From Ylistrum balloti (Eukaryota), in assembly GCF_031769215.1 (NCBI RefSeq), contig NW_026781970.1:992001-1056000 (forward strand): a DNA stretch of 64,000 bases. Reading direction: 5' to 3'. Position numbers and translations under genes: made by a program. The notes below the pieces were generated by a model. That model had not been told where the DNA came from, made no database searches, and was given only the letters and a program-made list of their open reading frames with translations. Below are positions 23,901 through 35,153 of this stretch, piece after piece (position 1 is the stretch's first letter; each line of letters opens with the position of its first letter).

Positions 23901-26900
23901 TTACTACAGATTGTTTTGTCTGCCGATGTGGGATGGTTTTTTCACTGCCATAAATGTTCTCTTACGCCGAAAGGATGACTTAATGGAGACGGAGACTGGA
24001 CGCAAAAAATCTGGCTCTCGTGTGAAAGGAGAGAAAAAGACACGCCCAATGGTCAATATTTGTGCGACCATGTGGCATGAGACCAGACAGGAAATGCTAC
24101 AGCTCCTTAAATCTCTCTTCCGGTGAGATTTTTCATAATGTTCAAAAATTACTTCGAAATATACTAAATCTTATACAATAGTCGTGCAAAAAATACGTAA
24201 AGATTTACATTTATTTTACAGTTGGTTTAAAATGTGTGTGTCTCTCTCTAAACCTAACAGTATACATTGCTAAGTGTGATGACAGAGCTTTTGAGAATTA
24301 GAACGTCATCTAAATTTAATTCTATTCAAAGTTAACGGAATGTAAATTTTTAATGTGGCACGTATTAAAGAGTTATTTCCCTTTCAGTGGCTACACCTTT
24401 CACACAGAGGTGATGCAATTCACATTGCGAGCAGTAAATCATTCAATTATACTTTTTCACAGAAGCATTGCTCGAGATTTCTAAGCTAAGGTAGTTATTA
24501 CAACAAATGTATTTGTGTTATCAATAATTTAAACACTAAACTACATGATGTTTTCCGTTTTAGGTTGGATAGATACTATTCACAAAACGTGAATGCAGAA
24601 AAAGGCTTCGGTGTAGAACGGGACTATTTTGACATGCGGAGTAAGTCCAGATACACTTAACTCGCTAACTAGAGATTATTTCTCGTGGAGTAGTTATACT
24701 GTATAACAATTTATTTTTTACCAGTCATAGGAATGAGAAAATGATTCATTCATTTCAAAAAGGATGAGCGAAATGAAAAAAAGACAATCGATTTTTAAAG
24801 ACAGAAAATCATATGTACCGCTTTGCAGTTATATCTTAATTGATACATTTTGTATAATGGGAATATTCAAAGAAACAATGTTTATTTTTTTCAGAAACAT
24901 GATTTATTTGTGCGCGAACATTTTCCGATTTCATATTACCCAGGTACCAAAGTAATTACTAATTGAATCTGTATTATTGGTCCGAGAAACTAACAACTCA
25001 CCTTTATTGTGATTTATTGCAGTTCACGTGATATTTGATGATGCTTTTTACACTGATTCCAAAACCAAACAGCGTGTGCCAAATGAATATGTCCAGCAAC
25101 TTGTAGAATGTATAGACCAAGCATCGATGTAAGAATGGAACTGATGTTGTATATTAATGTCAAAAAGTGACATTCAATTTCGTTTCCATGAATGTTTTCA
25201 TCAGTAAATATCACTATATTACACATAAACCTGTGCGTTTAAATATGCCCAAAGATTCATATGAAAATTATCTTCTGAAGCACATGAATAGAATTGTTTG
25301 GTATTCAGACAAGAAATAACTACTAGGTCTATCTGAAGGATATACAATATTTTCTCGCACTGTCCAAGTTCATTGTGCAATCTTTATATCTTATTACGTG
25401 GAAACAAAAACAAATCGACCTCATATTTTAAAACTAGCTTCTTTCAACCCTGAAAGACCTCTTTTGGTTTTGCTATGTTTAATGCAATGTGCTCTTTATA
25501 GGTCTGTTGCGAAAGGCAGAATTATGTGGAATAATCATCCCAAGAAATTTACGACTCCTTACGGTGCCAGATTGGAGTGGACATTGCCAGGAGGCGTGCC
25601 AATGTACTTTCATCTAAAGGACAAATCTAAAGTTCGGCATCGAAAGAGGTGGTCACAAGTATGTATTAAAAATTTAACATAAAGGAAACTTGAACTACCG
25701 ATAAGTAATGGTTAGGAAAGTGATGCAGTTATTCAAAATATAATAAAATGTTATCGGTAGTAATTTTATTTGGAAAGTAATATCTATTCGAAGAGTATGT
25801 TATTGATATGATGACAATAACTTATTTTCTAATACACATGTTAAAATCTTTTAATTACAATGAATGGTTTCTGTAGGAATGAAATATATAAATAACTCAA
25901 TACATATAAGTAAGATTATCAAGCATACCTAAGAGAAACTTAAGGAAGTGTCTAGAGAAAGATGCGTCTGATAAAAATCGTGACCTTTTAAAGGTATATC
26001 AAAATGATAAATGCATTTTGTCAGATGTAGTAAGAAATACATCAATGATTTCAGAAAATAGAAATACTAAATCAAATGAGACGAGTAAGATCATTAACTT
26101 TGACAATATAGAAGAACTAATTCCAATTTCCTGCATATATTACAGATTCTCTACTTGTATTACTTACTTGGATTTGAATTGATGGGCGTAGGAAATGAAA
26201 ACGACATCTTGAATAAGAAAAGATCACGTCATCGAGTGAAGACCTTCACCTCCCTCCTAAATAAAATTCCAACCCACAAGATTAAAGAGGTGACAGATAT
26301 ATTATACTTTTCATTAAGGCACAATAAAAAACAAAATAATGTGATCTACAAATTTTGCAGCAAAGAAGCAATTTTTATAGTTGTCGGTTTTTGTTTCAAT
26401 TTTCTTCTTTGTTCTTTCTGAATGAATTTTTTTTTTCAAAATCTTTTAATTCCATCACTTATTACGAATAAATGTTTGTAATTAGACTCGGAACATATAT
26501 TGCACCAAAATCTAAGAATTTAAAAAAAAAAAAAACTTTTACGTGTAGTTTTTATACTTGAAGTATATATTACCTGTATCTATTTTAGGCCTACAACACG
26601 TACATTTTAACATTGGACGGTGATGTCGATTTCCGCCCGACCGCGGTCAAACTTCTTATTGACCGGATGCAGAAAAACGACAAAGTAGCTGCCGTTTGTG
26701 GAAGAATTCATCCGATAGGAAGCGGTGAGTGAACGTTATATTCTAGTTACTGCCATTTGAACTCAGTCTACAAATTCGAACCTTAACTGTATCTGACGGT
26801 GAAAATACCAACACTTTCGATTTCTGAAATATAAAATTGTAATGTATTATTTATAATAGTATGCCTGATCATCTATTGAAAGTAATCCCAAACTTAAGCT

Positions 26901-29231
26901 TCAGATAATATAGTTGCCTATAATTCAATATATTTGTTTTGGAAAATCAGGGCCAATGGTATGGTACCAGCAGTTTGAGTACGCCGTCGGTCATTGGCTA
27001 CAAAAGGCTGCGGAACACGTGTTCGGGTGTGTGTTGTGCTGTCCCGGATGTTTCAGTCTATTTCGTTTTGCCTCACTGATAGACGACAATGTTGTAAAAA
27101 TGTATACAACGCCACCATCTGAAGCAAGACACTATATCCAGTTTGAGCAAGGTAAAGGACAACATATCTTCCAAAAGACTTAAGTAAAACGTTAAGAAAA
27201 TCGATTAACAACACGGATCGTTTACATTTTACATTATTTTTTATGCCTAGTAAGCAATAAGTGAATAATATAAAAATAATCAATGACTGATGATATTGTA
27301 AATAACACAGCATATTCCATTTACCTGGTTTTATAGGTGAGGACAGATGGCTATGTACACTATTACTTCAACAAGGATGGAAGATTGACTACTGCGCGGG
27401 CGCAGATTCTTGGACATTTGCACCAGAGTCATTCAAAGAATTTTTCATCCAGCGACGACGCTGGGCTCCATCTACCATGGCAAATATACTGGATCTCTTG
27501 TCCTCATGGCAATCCACTGTCAAAATGAATGACAACATCAGTACACTGTACATTTTGTATCAGTTCGTATTAATGTCCTCCAGTATCCTGGGACCTGGCA
27601 CTGTTACGCTGATGATTGCGGGATCTTATTCATCAGTTTTTAATATCAATATGTACTATGCGTTATTGTTGTCGTTAGTACCGGTCATTGTTTTCATCGG
27701 AATATGTCTGAAAGGTAAAAATGATACCCAGATAATGATTGCTGGCTTATTGTCATCTATATATTCTGTCGTCATGGTAATAGTGACAGTTGGGATGGTA
27801 CTCAATATGGCTACGGAATCATTATTGAGTCCCAATGTCATCTTTATGATAGGTCTGGCCGTTATATTTTGTGTTGCTGGTATATCTCATCCAAAGGAGA
27901 TTATGTGTCTCGTACACGGAATTCTCTATTATTTGACTGTACCAAGTACCTTCATTTTCTTGACCATTTATTTCCTATGCAACCTAAATGTTGTATCTTG
28001 GGGTACTAGAGAGGGTCCAAAGAGGGTGGATCCAGAGGATGAGGAACGGAAGAGAAAAGAAGAAGAAGAAAAACAAAGAAAAAAGAAAAAAGGTGGAAAA
28101 ATATTCCGTGCTCTTGGTTTATCAACACTTTTTCACGAAGCCTTATCCTTGTTAAAACAAGCAATTGGTGGTATAAAGGAAGAAACAAACAATGCGCCGA
28201 AAACAGATCCAAAAGTGAATGTTGAAGCAGCTGCCGTGAAACAACAAAAAGAACGTCAACCTACTCTACCAATACCACAACCGAAGCCTGATGAACCTGA
28301 AACAGCAACTACCGTGAACAACAGAGGTGCATGGGGTGAGGTAGATTTCCTTGGAAATGAGAAAGTCCAAGATATTTCAAAAGATGAAGAGGAATTCTGG
28401 AAATATATAATTCAGAAATACCTGGAGCCAATTAATGAAGATAAAGACAAACAAATTCAGATTAAAGATGATCTGACAAGTCTAAGAAACAACGTAGTGT
28501 TTGGGTACTTCCTGATGAACCTTTTATTTATGATTGCAATTTTTCAGTTGCAACTCAATGAGGATCAACTGTCTCAGTTCTTTATCCTTGGAGAATACGA
28601 GCCTTTGTCATTGGCATTTTTAAGCGTATTTGCCATAGTCCTTGTAACACAGTTCATCGGTATGCTTCTTCATCGCTGGGGAACGTTTCTTCACCTTATG
28701 TCCAGCACGCGTATAGGACTATGCACACGGAATTATGAAGAAGAATATGCTGAAGTTGCCTTTAAGGAAGCTGGTCGGCTTCAAACTGGGGACCCAGAGC
28801 CAGATTATATAGAAGAACTTGATAGTGACACTGAGGGTGGATCTTCAGGTATCAACACCGTAAGACGATATGACGAAATCCAAGAAGAACAACCTGACTA
28901 TCCCGATGACGATAAATCAGTAATACTCCCTGCAACAACAGTACCACGAGAATGGGTCGGCAACATACCAAAACCAGATTACGGAGAGATGGATCCTGAT
29001 TATCCATCAAGTGAACACGAACCGAGCGGCCAAGCGCATCGATATAAAAATGCATATGAACGCAATTTTTCGAAGAGGTTTGAGACAATGCGAAACAAAT
29101 ACCAGAAACGTTACCAGCGTAGAATGAGTCAGGTTAATGGTCTTAACAACAATAACATAAGTAGGCGGGAGGCCTTGTACAATCGGTCTATAGAAATGAG
29201 AATGAAAAGGCGACAAAGTTTATTCACATAA
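2891..29231 (+). CDS. CHS: Gene 1: myosin motor domain-chitin synthase fusion, 30 coding exons, about 2209 aa (span includes introns)
   Basis: Thirty GT-AG exons join in consistent phase to 6630 nt with no internal stop. Myosin motifs: GDSGAGKT, NSSRFGK, LEKSRV, DALAK, DISGFE, HYAG, RCIKPN. Chitin synthase motifs: CATMWHET, KRWSQ, LDGD, GEDRW, QRRRW, SWGTRE. Confidence 0.95.
6304..6330 (+). ncRNA. Second, broken hammerhead-like core in gene 1 intron 1
   Basis: catca-CTGACGA-gtcc(taaaa)ggac-GA; GAAA is disrupted; same family as the 636-680 copy. Confidence 0.35.
6698..6763 (+). CDS. Gene 1 exon 2 (TYVGDILIAVNPCSPLSIYGPQ)
   Basis: Myosin TY.G.IL.AVNP motif; ttcag acceptor, gtatga donor. Confidence 0.92.
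7205..8620. repeat. Minisatellite, about 67 bp unit, roughly 21 copies, in gene 1 intron 2
   Basis: ctgacact recurs at 7272 and 7339; two or three interleaved sequence variants. Confidence 0.92.
8811..9041 (+). CDS. Gene 1 exon 3 (PPHIYWVAD, P-loop GDSGAGKTE)
   Basis: P-loop motif; 231 nt, phase 0-0; overlaps track ORF 8871-9068. Confidence 0.93.
9324..9438 (+). CDS. Gene 1 exon 4 (switch I, VNPLIELFGNASTVFNPNSSRFGK)
   Basis: Switch I motif; cag/gtaagt splice sites. Confidence 0.93.
9702..9849 (+). CDS. Gene 1 exon 5 (LEKSRVV...NFHILHALFAG)
   Basis: LEKSRV motif; phase 1-2. Confidence 0.92.
10099..10669 (-). mobile_element. Probable 5'-truncated LINE 3' fragment in gene 1 intron 5
   Basis: Minus strand ends ...ataagttggaaaacttctgcccaatcc...gcaataaaatatgtttaaatctaaa, which resembles LINE 3' ends as I recall them. 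Flanked by the 14 bp direct repeat aataagaccaataa (10085-10098 and 10670-10683). Confidence 0.4.
11332..11464 (+). CDS. Gene 1 exon 6 (ILQEAG...LGFSDQ)
   Basis: Phase 2-0 fit; homologous to gene 2 exon 6 (ends GFSDE). Confidence 0.85.
11738..11855 (+). CDS. Gene 1 exon 7 (LATVLHIGNIEF)
   Basis: Myosin LH.GNI.F motif; phase 0-1. Confidence 0.9.
12043..12123 (+). CDS. Gene 1 exon 8 (MELLGL...ALISRPRVVMG)
   Basis: LLG...L..AL pattern; phase 1-1. Confidence 0.87.
12658..12799 (+). CDS. Gene 1 exon 9 (GEQIV...RDALAKELYSSLF)
   Basis: DALAK motif; phase 1-2. Confidence 0.93.
12990..13075 (+). mobile_element. Possible SINE 3' tail remnant
   Basis: gaaatgaccctgcttgttcacgggtgac resembles mollusc SINE tails from memory; not verified. 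Confidence 0.25.
13193..13418 (+). CDS. Gene 1 exon 10 (switch II DISGFE, relay NSFEQLLINMTNE)
   Basis: Switch II and relay motifs; 226 nt, same length as gene 2 exon 9. Confidence 0.94.
13765..13920 (+). CDS. Gene 1 exon 11 (PGVLSILEEE...FGIVHYAGE)
   Basis: G.LS.L.EE and HYAG motifs; phase 0-0. Confidence 0.92.
14130..14450 (+). mobile_element. tRNA-derived SINE remnant in gene 1 intron 11
   Basis: A-box-like gggtcggtcgagc followed by B-box gggttcgaatc at about 14182; cloverleaf not intact; 3' limit uncertain. Confidence 0.45.
15592..15725 (+). CDS. Gene 1 exon 12 (VKYSAEGFLEKN)
   Basis: V.Y...GFLEKN motif; phase 0-2. Confidence 0.92.
16103..16168 (+). CDS. Gene 1 exon 13 (loop 2, SGRGSLRGSFRSRLEGQKIRG)
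   Basis: tgcag acceptor, gtatga donor, open frame, phase 2-2; no family motif, so supported by splice sites and phase only. Confidence 0.72.
16870..16951 (+). CDS. Gene 1 exon 14 (loop 2 end, ...SVASQYK)
   Basis: Matches the myosin TV.SQFK-type motif; phase 2-0. Confidence 0.85.
17270..17710. repeat. Degenerate GC-rich tandem repeat, about 32 bp unit (gtctggcacgagtaggacggcctaatcgc)
   Basis: Recurring ggcacgagt/ggacggcct motifs in gene 1 intron 14. Confidence 0.65.
19440..19495 (+). CDS. Gene 1 exon 15 (KSLKCLIDRISTAKPNFIR)
   Basis: SL..L...P.FIR motif; phase 0-2. Confidence 0.9.
19751..19900 (+). CDS. Gene 1 exon 16 (CIKPN...QLTSSGLLEVAKIRRDGYPIR)
   Basis: RCIKPN and GYPIR motifs; phase 2-2. 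Confidence 0.93.
20028..20139 (+). CDS. Gene 1 exon 17 (converter, YKIGKSK)
   Basis: Converter Y.IG.SK motif; phase 2-0. Confidence 0.9.
20635..20688 (+). CDS. Gene 1 exon 18 (IFLKQDGIDNIEKKVASM)
   Basis: Completes GKSKIFLK; phase 0-0. Confidence 0.88.
20824..21101 (+). CDS. Gene 1 exon 19 (charged helix plus Ser-rich linker)
   Basis: Open frame of 278 nt with gtaagt donor; the acceptor could alternatively be 20830 (same frame). Confidence 0.82.
21285..21459 (+). CDS. Gene 1 exon 20 (AYDVFR and first transmembrane segment of the CHS module)
   Basis: YDVFR resembles the WDVFR motif at the N-terminus of animal chitin synthases; followed by a hydrophobic helix. Confidence 0.88.
21630..21767 (+). 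CDS. Gene 1 exon 21 (transmembrane, LFGRKEWP)
   Basis: Phase 0-0, hydrophobic, gtaagt donor. Confidence 0.85.
22059..22996 (+). CDS. Gene 1 exon 22 (multi-pass N-terminal membrane domain, ends HVWFPSTERMAKLER)
   Basis: In frame with track ORF 22104-23000; several hydrophobic helices; gtaagt donor. Confidence 0.93.
23910..24122 (+). CDS. Gene 1 exon 23 (LFCLPMWDG...CATMWHET)
   Basis: CATMWHET motif of animal chitin synthases. Confidence 0.95.
24564..24640 (+). CDS. Gene 1 exon 24 (LDRYYSQ...DYFDMR)
   Basis: Phase 2-1 fit; gtaagt donor. Confidence 0.87.
25023..25128 (+). CDS. Gene 1 exon 25 (HVIFDDAF...PNEYVQQLVECIDQAS)
   Basis: H..FDDAF motif; phase 1-2. Confidence 0.92.
25502..25658 (+). 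CDS. Gene 1 exon 26 (TPYGARLEWTLPGG...HLKDKSKVRHRKRWSQ)
   Basis: Conserved TPYG.RL and KRWSQ motifs. Confidence 0.95.
26146..26289 (+). CDS. Gene 1 exon 27 (ILYLYYLLGFELMG)
   Basis: Y.YYLLG motif following KRWSQ; phase 0-0. Confidence 0.9.
26589..26724 (+). CDS. Gene 1 exon 28 (TYILTLDGDVDF...VCGRIHPIGSG)
   Basis: DGD metal/nucleotide-sugar motif and CGRIHP. Confidence 0.95.
26951..27151 (+). CDS. Gene 1 exon 29 (YQQFEYAVGHWLQKAAEH...CCPGCFSLFR...QFEQ)
   Basis: Highly conserved CHS catalytic block. Confidence 0.96.
27337..29231 (+). CDS. Gene 1 exon 30 (GEDRW, QRRRW, C-terminal TM domain, SWGTRE, acidic tail, stop)
   Basis: EDR and QRRRW catalytic motifs are in frame with track ORF 27477-29231. 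Confidence 0.96.
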
Positions 29232-32200
29232 GCTATTACAATTAGTCAAGGTAATTTAATCGGAGCAATAAGTGTCCATATATTCTTTAATACAGTTGAA
29301 ATGACCTCGTTTTCAAAATAAGTTGGTTTCAAATGCATATTATATGTAAACTGAATATGTTTCTTCAGTCCCATTTCTTGATCGTAAATAAATTGAAATG
29401 TATTCGCCTTGATTGAAACAAATCGTTTCAATTTGAACCCCGAGGTAGGCAAGTTGGACTTGATATATTTCAATTTTTCTACTGTAATGTCCATTAGTTT
29501 TAATACAACGGTACTGGTTACGTTAAGCAATGGAAGTCTTATCACTACTCAGTATCAGTCTATTCTGCTAAGTTATTTTCCAAAATGCTATATCTGTGAT
29601 ACAATGTAATATCATATACATGCATTGATGTAAATAATGATGTATTTATTCCATGTGTATTTATTCTTTGTTGAAAATATAGCAGTGTTGTAGACTGTGT
29701 TATGTTCCAATGGTATCTCTGGGTTCATAGATATATAATTCATCTCTAGCGTCTTTGAGAATACATTAGTCATAAAACAATTACAAAATTCGTTCCAGGA
29801 AATCAAAGGCATGTGGTCACCCATGTTTTAATAGTTATATTGAGATTTGTAGAGTGTCTTACACATAGCTATTGTCCTACTGGTTAACACTGGTTATTTT
29901 TTTAATTATTTCATGACAAAACAAAGGGATATCTCATTATTGTATATTAAATGTTAACCATCGTGTTCATATTAAACCATGTACAATGTAAAAGACAATG
30001 ATATAATTATGGCATGTTTTACAGATTGCTATCCAGTAGAGAGATATCTCTGTCACGATATTTAGACTGTGACAAATGACACGCAATTATACTGGATTTT
30101 TTCTGTTGTTACGTTTTTATGTCATAAAATTGTTGATGTATGGTTTTGCTCCAAATCTGTCTCTTGACTCACACGATTTTTTAAAACGAAATATCAATTA
30201 ATGTATGGTATTTTATTATGTTTCGCATTGATATATTCGTTCATAGAAGTAGACAAAATCCATGAATTACTAATAGGCTTCTATTTAACCTTTAAACTGT
30301 TTAACTGAAAAGGCGACTGGTGGTAACTCTCTTCTTTTTTATGTATCATACAGTGGTTAAAAGAAAAATCAATTCTTGGGGTAAAAATCATGAAGACTAG
30401 GTAATCAGGTTTGACAATTAACTTTTTCCATTTTTCGACATTTGTTAATTATGCATTAAAAGATTTCAGTGTCGATGTGTAATATATCTGTTTACACTTG
30501 ATTTTCACCTTTCGTAACGTTGAAGTTAGTATCGCAAAACATTTTGCTTACATTCGGTAAAACAATTATACTGCTCATAAACATTTTTATTTTCTTAAAA
30601 ATTGCATGGTATTGTCAAGTATACGTTCACGTTCAGTTATACTAAAACTTTCAGAGAAAATTTACGTCTTTACAATTTCAGTGAATATAAAAATACACTT
30701 ACTTAGGAAATGCGTGTACAGTTTTGTAAATTATATTTTAACATATGATTAAAAAATTACTTTGAATCAATTGTTTTAGATAGATGTGGATATCATATTT
30801 AATATCTTTGGTTTGAATATATGATAAGTTGTTAGCATTTTAAACAGATATATTTATTTCAATCAAAAGCACTCAGAGACAGCACTTAATATACATGTTA
30901 ATTAAATTCATTATTTGAATAGCTTCTGTATCGATTACGTCTTAGAAGTTCTATAAACGACAAATGTGTTTTTATTTTAAACATTTTAATTGCTTGCCAG
31001 CCACTGGTCGTAATTAATTGGTATATCTTATCAAAACTTGCTTTATCAAAAATGCCTGTGTGTGGCATATCTTCATTTATGGAAATGATGTAATTATGCT
31101 TTAACTTTCTGATGCAATAAAGCCATTGACAAGACGTCGCAGCCAACAACTATTTTTGAAACTATAAACGATTTCAATGCTTTTTATATTATATTGCTGA
31201 TTAATGAAGTCTGTATCACTCATAATGGTGATGTATTTTCAGGAAAAATAAGTTCAGCTCTATTTAATAATCAATGATACAAAAATTCCGACGTTAATGT
31301 CTATATTGAAAAAAAGTTTTTAAGAAATATTTTACATCAGATATTGTGCTATTGGTCACATATAATTTATACATGTTTCATAATACTAAGACGTCATATG
31401 GTACGATATGTATTTCTGTAACATATTACGATGCTATACACACCACTAAGAGATGTAACATTGATCTTAGAACAATGAATAACTGAAATAAGTGTTTTGT
31501 TATAGTTTATGTATGTTTGTATTATCGTGGATTTTAGAATTAGTCCTGTCTTCATCGCATTCGTCTCTGTAATGAGATTTATTTGGTGAACTGAAGTGCC
31601 TGATACGAACTAGGATTTTATCACATAATTCTCATTTTAAATGAGATAAACGTTCTTTTATGACTTCATAGTCTACAAGACACCGACAACGCCGAATGTC
31701 AGACAATAGATTTGTTATTTCATTCCCCAAGGATTCTATCAAATAAGTAATTGTCTTATGTAAAATGTATCGTTTGCATCATCATTATATATATCCTTTA
31801 TGTTGTGAATCCTAAAGTGCTTTCATGATTGTCCATTTCATTGCAAAGAGTTCAATATATATTATAATATCATAGACAGCCACAAAACACATGATTTAAA
31901 TTAAATTAAATATTCTAGACATGTTTTATATTTTGAAAGAATGTTCATTTTGAATAAGATATGATTTTGTTATCACATATGTGTTTTGATGATGTCTTTG
32001 TCGTTACATTTTTATGTTTTTTTTTTTTTTTTTTTTTTTTTCAAGTAGCATCTGTTGTCTTGGTGCAATCTGAGTATAAAAGGAAAAACATTGTGAATGT
32101 TTATCATTGATATTATTATGAATTTTTTTTACGTAATTGTTTTATAATTGCTTTTTAAAACTGTTTTTCAACGTACTATACTACCAGTTGATTTATTCTG

Positions 32201-33906
32201 AGGATTAATGTTATTTGTTATTTTCTATTTTTATAACATATGTTTGCTATGTTTCTATGGAAACAGGATTGATTAGGTAATCATATAACGAGAATCTCCA
32301 TGAGTCCCAGAAAGTTGTTTTTTGTTTTATCTGGGCGTACATTCTACATTACAATTGACAAGTGTCATGACCTTTTTCAGTCATTATGATTATGTTCATT
32401 TAATGAGTCCGAATTCCTGTTTAGAATCATCTGTTTTTCACCCATCTGGTCTACCATTCTTTATTCTTCATAGTATATTAATAACGCTGTCGATAACTGT
32501 TTCTGATTAGTCGTTCGATCTCATAGCAACCTCTTAAATATATCCTGTAATGATATGTAACTGAAAAAGTGCAACTCTGCTGATTTATTAACATGTGTAT
32601 ATATGAAATTCAGGTATCGGTTGAAAAAGGAAGTGTAACGTTCAGTAACTGTTGGTTAAACTCACCTTTTTCCACGAATCTGAAAATTAAAAGAAAGAAT
32701 TGCAAACAAATATATCTTATGGGTTGTAAATCATATTATGACAATTTATCACTTTTGATTTATTCCTCCTGAAAGACCCATACCTATATATCATGTTCTG
32801 AATGTCATACTTTATTTATAATGTTTAAGTGTGCAAATAAGATTTAGAGACCAATTGATAAGGATGCTGTTTTAAGAGCACATTGATTACGCGTTTTTAA
32901 AGTCCAAGCTTTTATACACTTTCATAGAGGAAAGTCAGTTTGTTCAAAATAAAAAACACCACTAAGTAAAATAGTTTTCGTGTTATAATATCACTGTTAT
33001 TATGATGACATACACACAAAGATACTTCTACAGTAAAATACAATTTCAGATGTTAGAATGAAATGCTGTATAATATAAAGTGTTTACGTGAACATTTTAC
33101 TTCCGTAATTCTATTCTAATGCACCATTTTAAGGATAAAAAAAACTTTCGACGATTTCACATAATTATACACACTTTTTTATTGGAAGTTTCCAATGTTG
33201 CATTTTATTTTCATTGCTTGTCTATGGTCATGAAAACAGTGACAATTTCTAAGCAACGAATACAGTGTTACGTATCTACTCGACAGATGATTTGAAGTGT
33301 CGTATTTGACAAGATCTCTTTATTTTACAGAGTAAGGGACAACTATCCTGAAAATTTGCAGTCCAAGGAGTCATATATATAGGAGGATTACAAAAAATTA
33401 AAATTCAAAATCAAGTTATGTGAAGAACAATGTGTACATGAAATGTAAGAAAATGCAAATTAATAGTTTATGCATTCTAATTTATATGACCATCAAAGAA
33501 CCCATTGTCCGTATAACAACTGTAAGTAACATCGTTTATCTTCTTATAGATAATAGCGGTATGGTACTCTTCCTGTTTTGGGGTTTATATATATATATTG
33601 CAATTATCTCAGACACGGAGTCTGACACTGAATGTAAAAATTTACATAACAATTACATCAGACACAGTTTGTGACACAAGAAGTGAAATTTTGTCGGTAT
33701 AGGCGCCACATCGAATACACGTGAAATTAGTGTTAACATACATATGGTGACAATTGCACTCATGAATGAACAGTATCGTCGGTAGAAATAAACTTCTTCA
33801 TATGTCACACCTTTTAACTTAATTGCTTGATGCATGATTCAATTAACCTGTAAAATACCTTGCTATTTACTGTTCAGCTTCAGTAACATATTTCTGGCTA
33901 ATTCAG

Positions 33907-34064
33907 TAAACTGGGCCTTTTTTATAAGTAGTTACATTTTTCTTGCTTTGACGTTCGATATATGTCGTTTGGTTTTTTCGGTATATTATACATGTTTTAC
34001 GGTTATTTAAACACATTTACAACGTATTAGAATAAAGTATACATTGATTGAAAAAATCCGGACA
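33907..34064 (+). repeat. Copy 1 of an approximately 155 bp dispersed direct repeat
   Basis: Aligns by eye with 34895-35055 (taaactg.gcctttttta...aaaaatccggaca). Confidence 0.8.
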
Positions 34065-34894
34065 TCATTCTGGAACGGAACTAAAGTTTAAATTATGACG
34101 TGAGATCATCCACGTAGGAATGTTAAAATAACAGAACTCGTCAAATTTGGCTTTGTAATAACAAAGATTATATATGTAAAATGATACAAAGCTCTTTGAA
34201 CGGAAAAAAAACCCCTTACAATTGAGATAAAAGTGGTTTGAACAAAAAGACGAATTAAATATAAGCTGCTTTGAAGGAAATCTCACAAATGAGATCAAAG
34301 CTTCTTGAACAAAAGAGGCATACAATCAAGCAAATGAGAAAAAATCTCTTTGAACACTAAAAACCATGCAAAGGAGATAAACGTTGTGTGAATGGAAAAA
34401 ACAGCACACAAATGATATAAAAACTGATTGAAAAAAAATCATGCAAACGAGATATGAGCTGTTTGAACGAAGATCATACCAATCAGATAAAACTTGTTTA
34501 ATCACAAAATTGTACATATGAGATCAATGTTGTTTGGACAATCACACAAATTTGCGAAAGAAAAATATTCTGTTTTCATTAGAACGACTTTCATATTGTT
34601 CCAACGACTTCATTAAATTTTTTACTTAATAATGACACATTTTTTGTAATAAAAAATGCCTGTCGTTTTACATGTAAGTGCTTCTTTTATCTTTAGTATT
34701 TACGAGGCGTAGCTACTAAAAGATAAGCTCTTTTCTATTACGATTACTTTTACAGGTTCAGAATACAATTCAAATATGATGAACGTCTCGATATCAAAGT
34801 ATATTGGATTTATGACATATTGTAGTAACAAAGAATCATATTATTTTTGTCGTGTACATTGTTTATAATTTTTAAGTAAATTTGAGTTTCGTAC

Positions 34895-35055
34895 TAAACT
34901 GAGCCTTTTTTATAAGTAATGACGCTTGTCTTTGCTTTGACGTTCGAAGTAATATGTCGATGGATTTTTTCGGTATATCATGCATGTTTTACGGTTAATT
35001 AAACACATTTACAACATATTGGAATAAAGTAAACATTGATTTAAAAATCCGGACA
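34895..35055 (+). repeat. Copy 2 of the approximately 155 bp dispersed direct repeat
   Basis: Aligns with 33907-34064, with scattered substitutions and small indels. Confidence 0.8.
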
Positions 35056-35153
35056 AAAAAAGCCAAGAAAAGACATCAACAAAAACCTTATAGACAACAA
35101 AACAGCATTCCTGACCGTCACAAGCACATAGATGAAACCGCAAAAATACAAGA

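Noticed and set aside
32017-32041. 25 nt poly-T run as a retrocopy poly(A) tail
   Set aside because: No adjacent polyadenylation signal on the minus strand and no evident target-site duplication; treated as a simple repeat.
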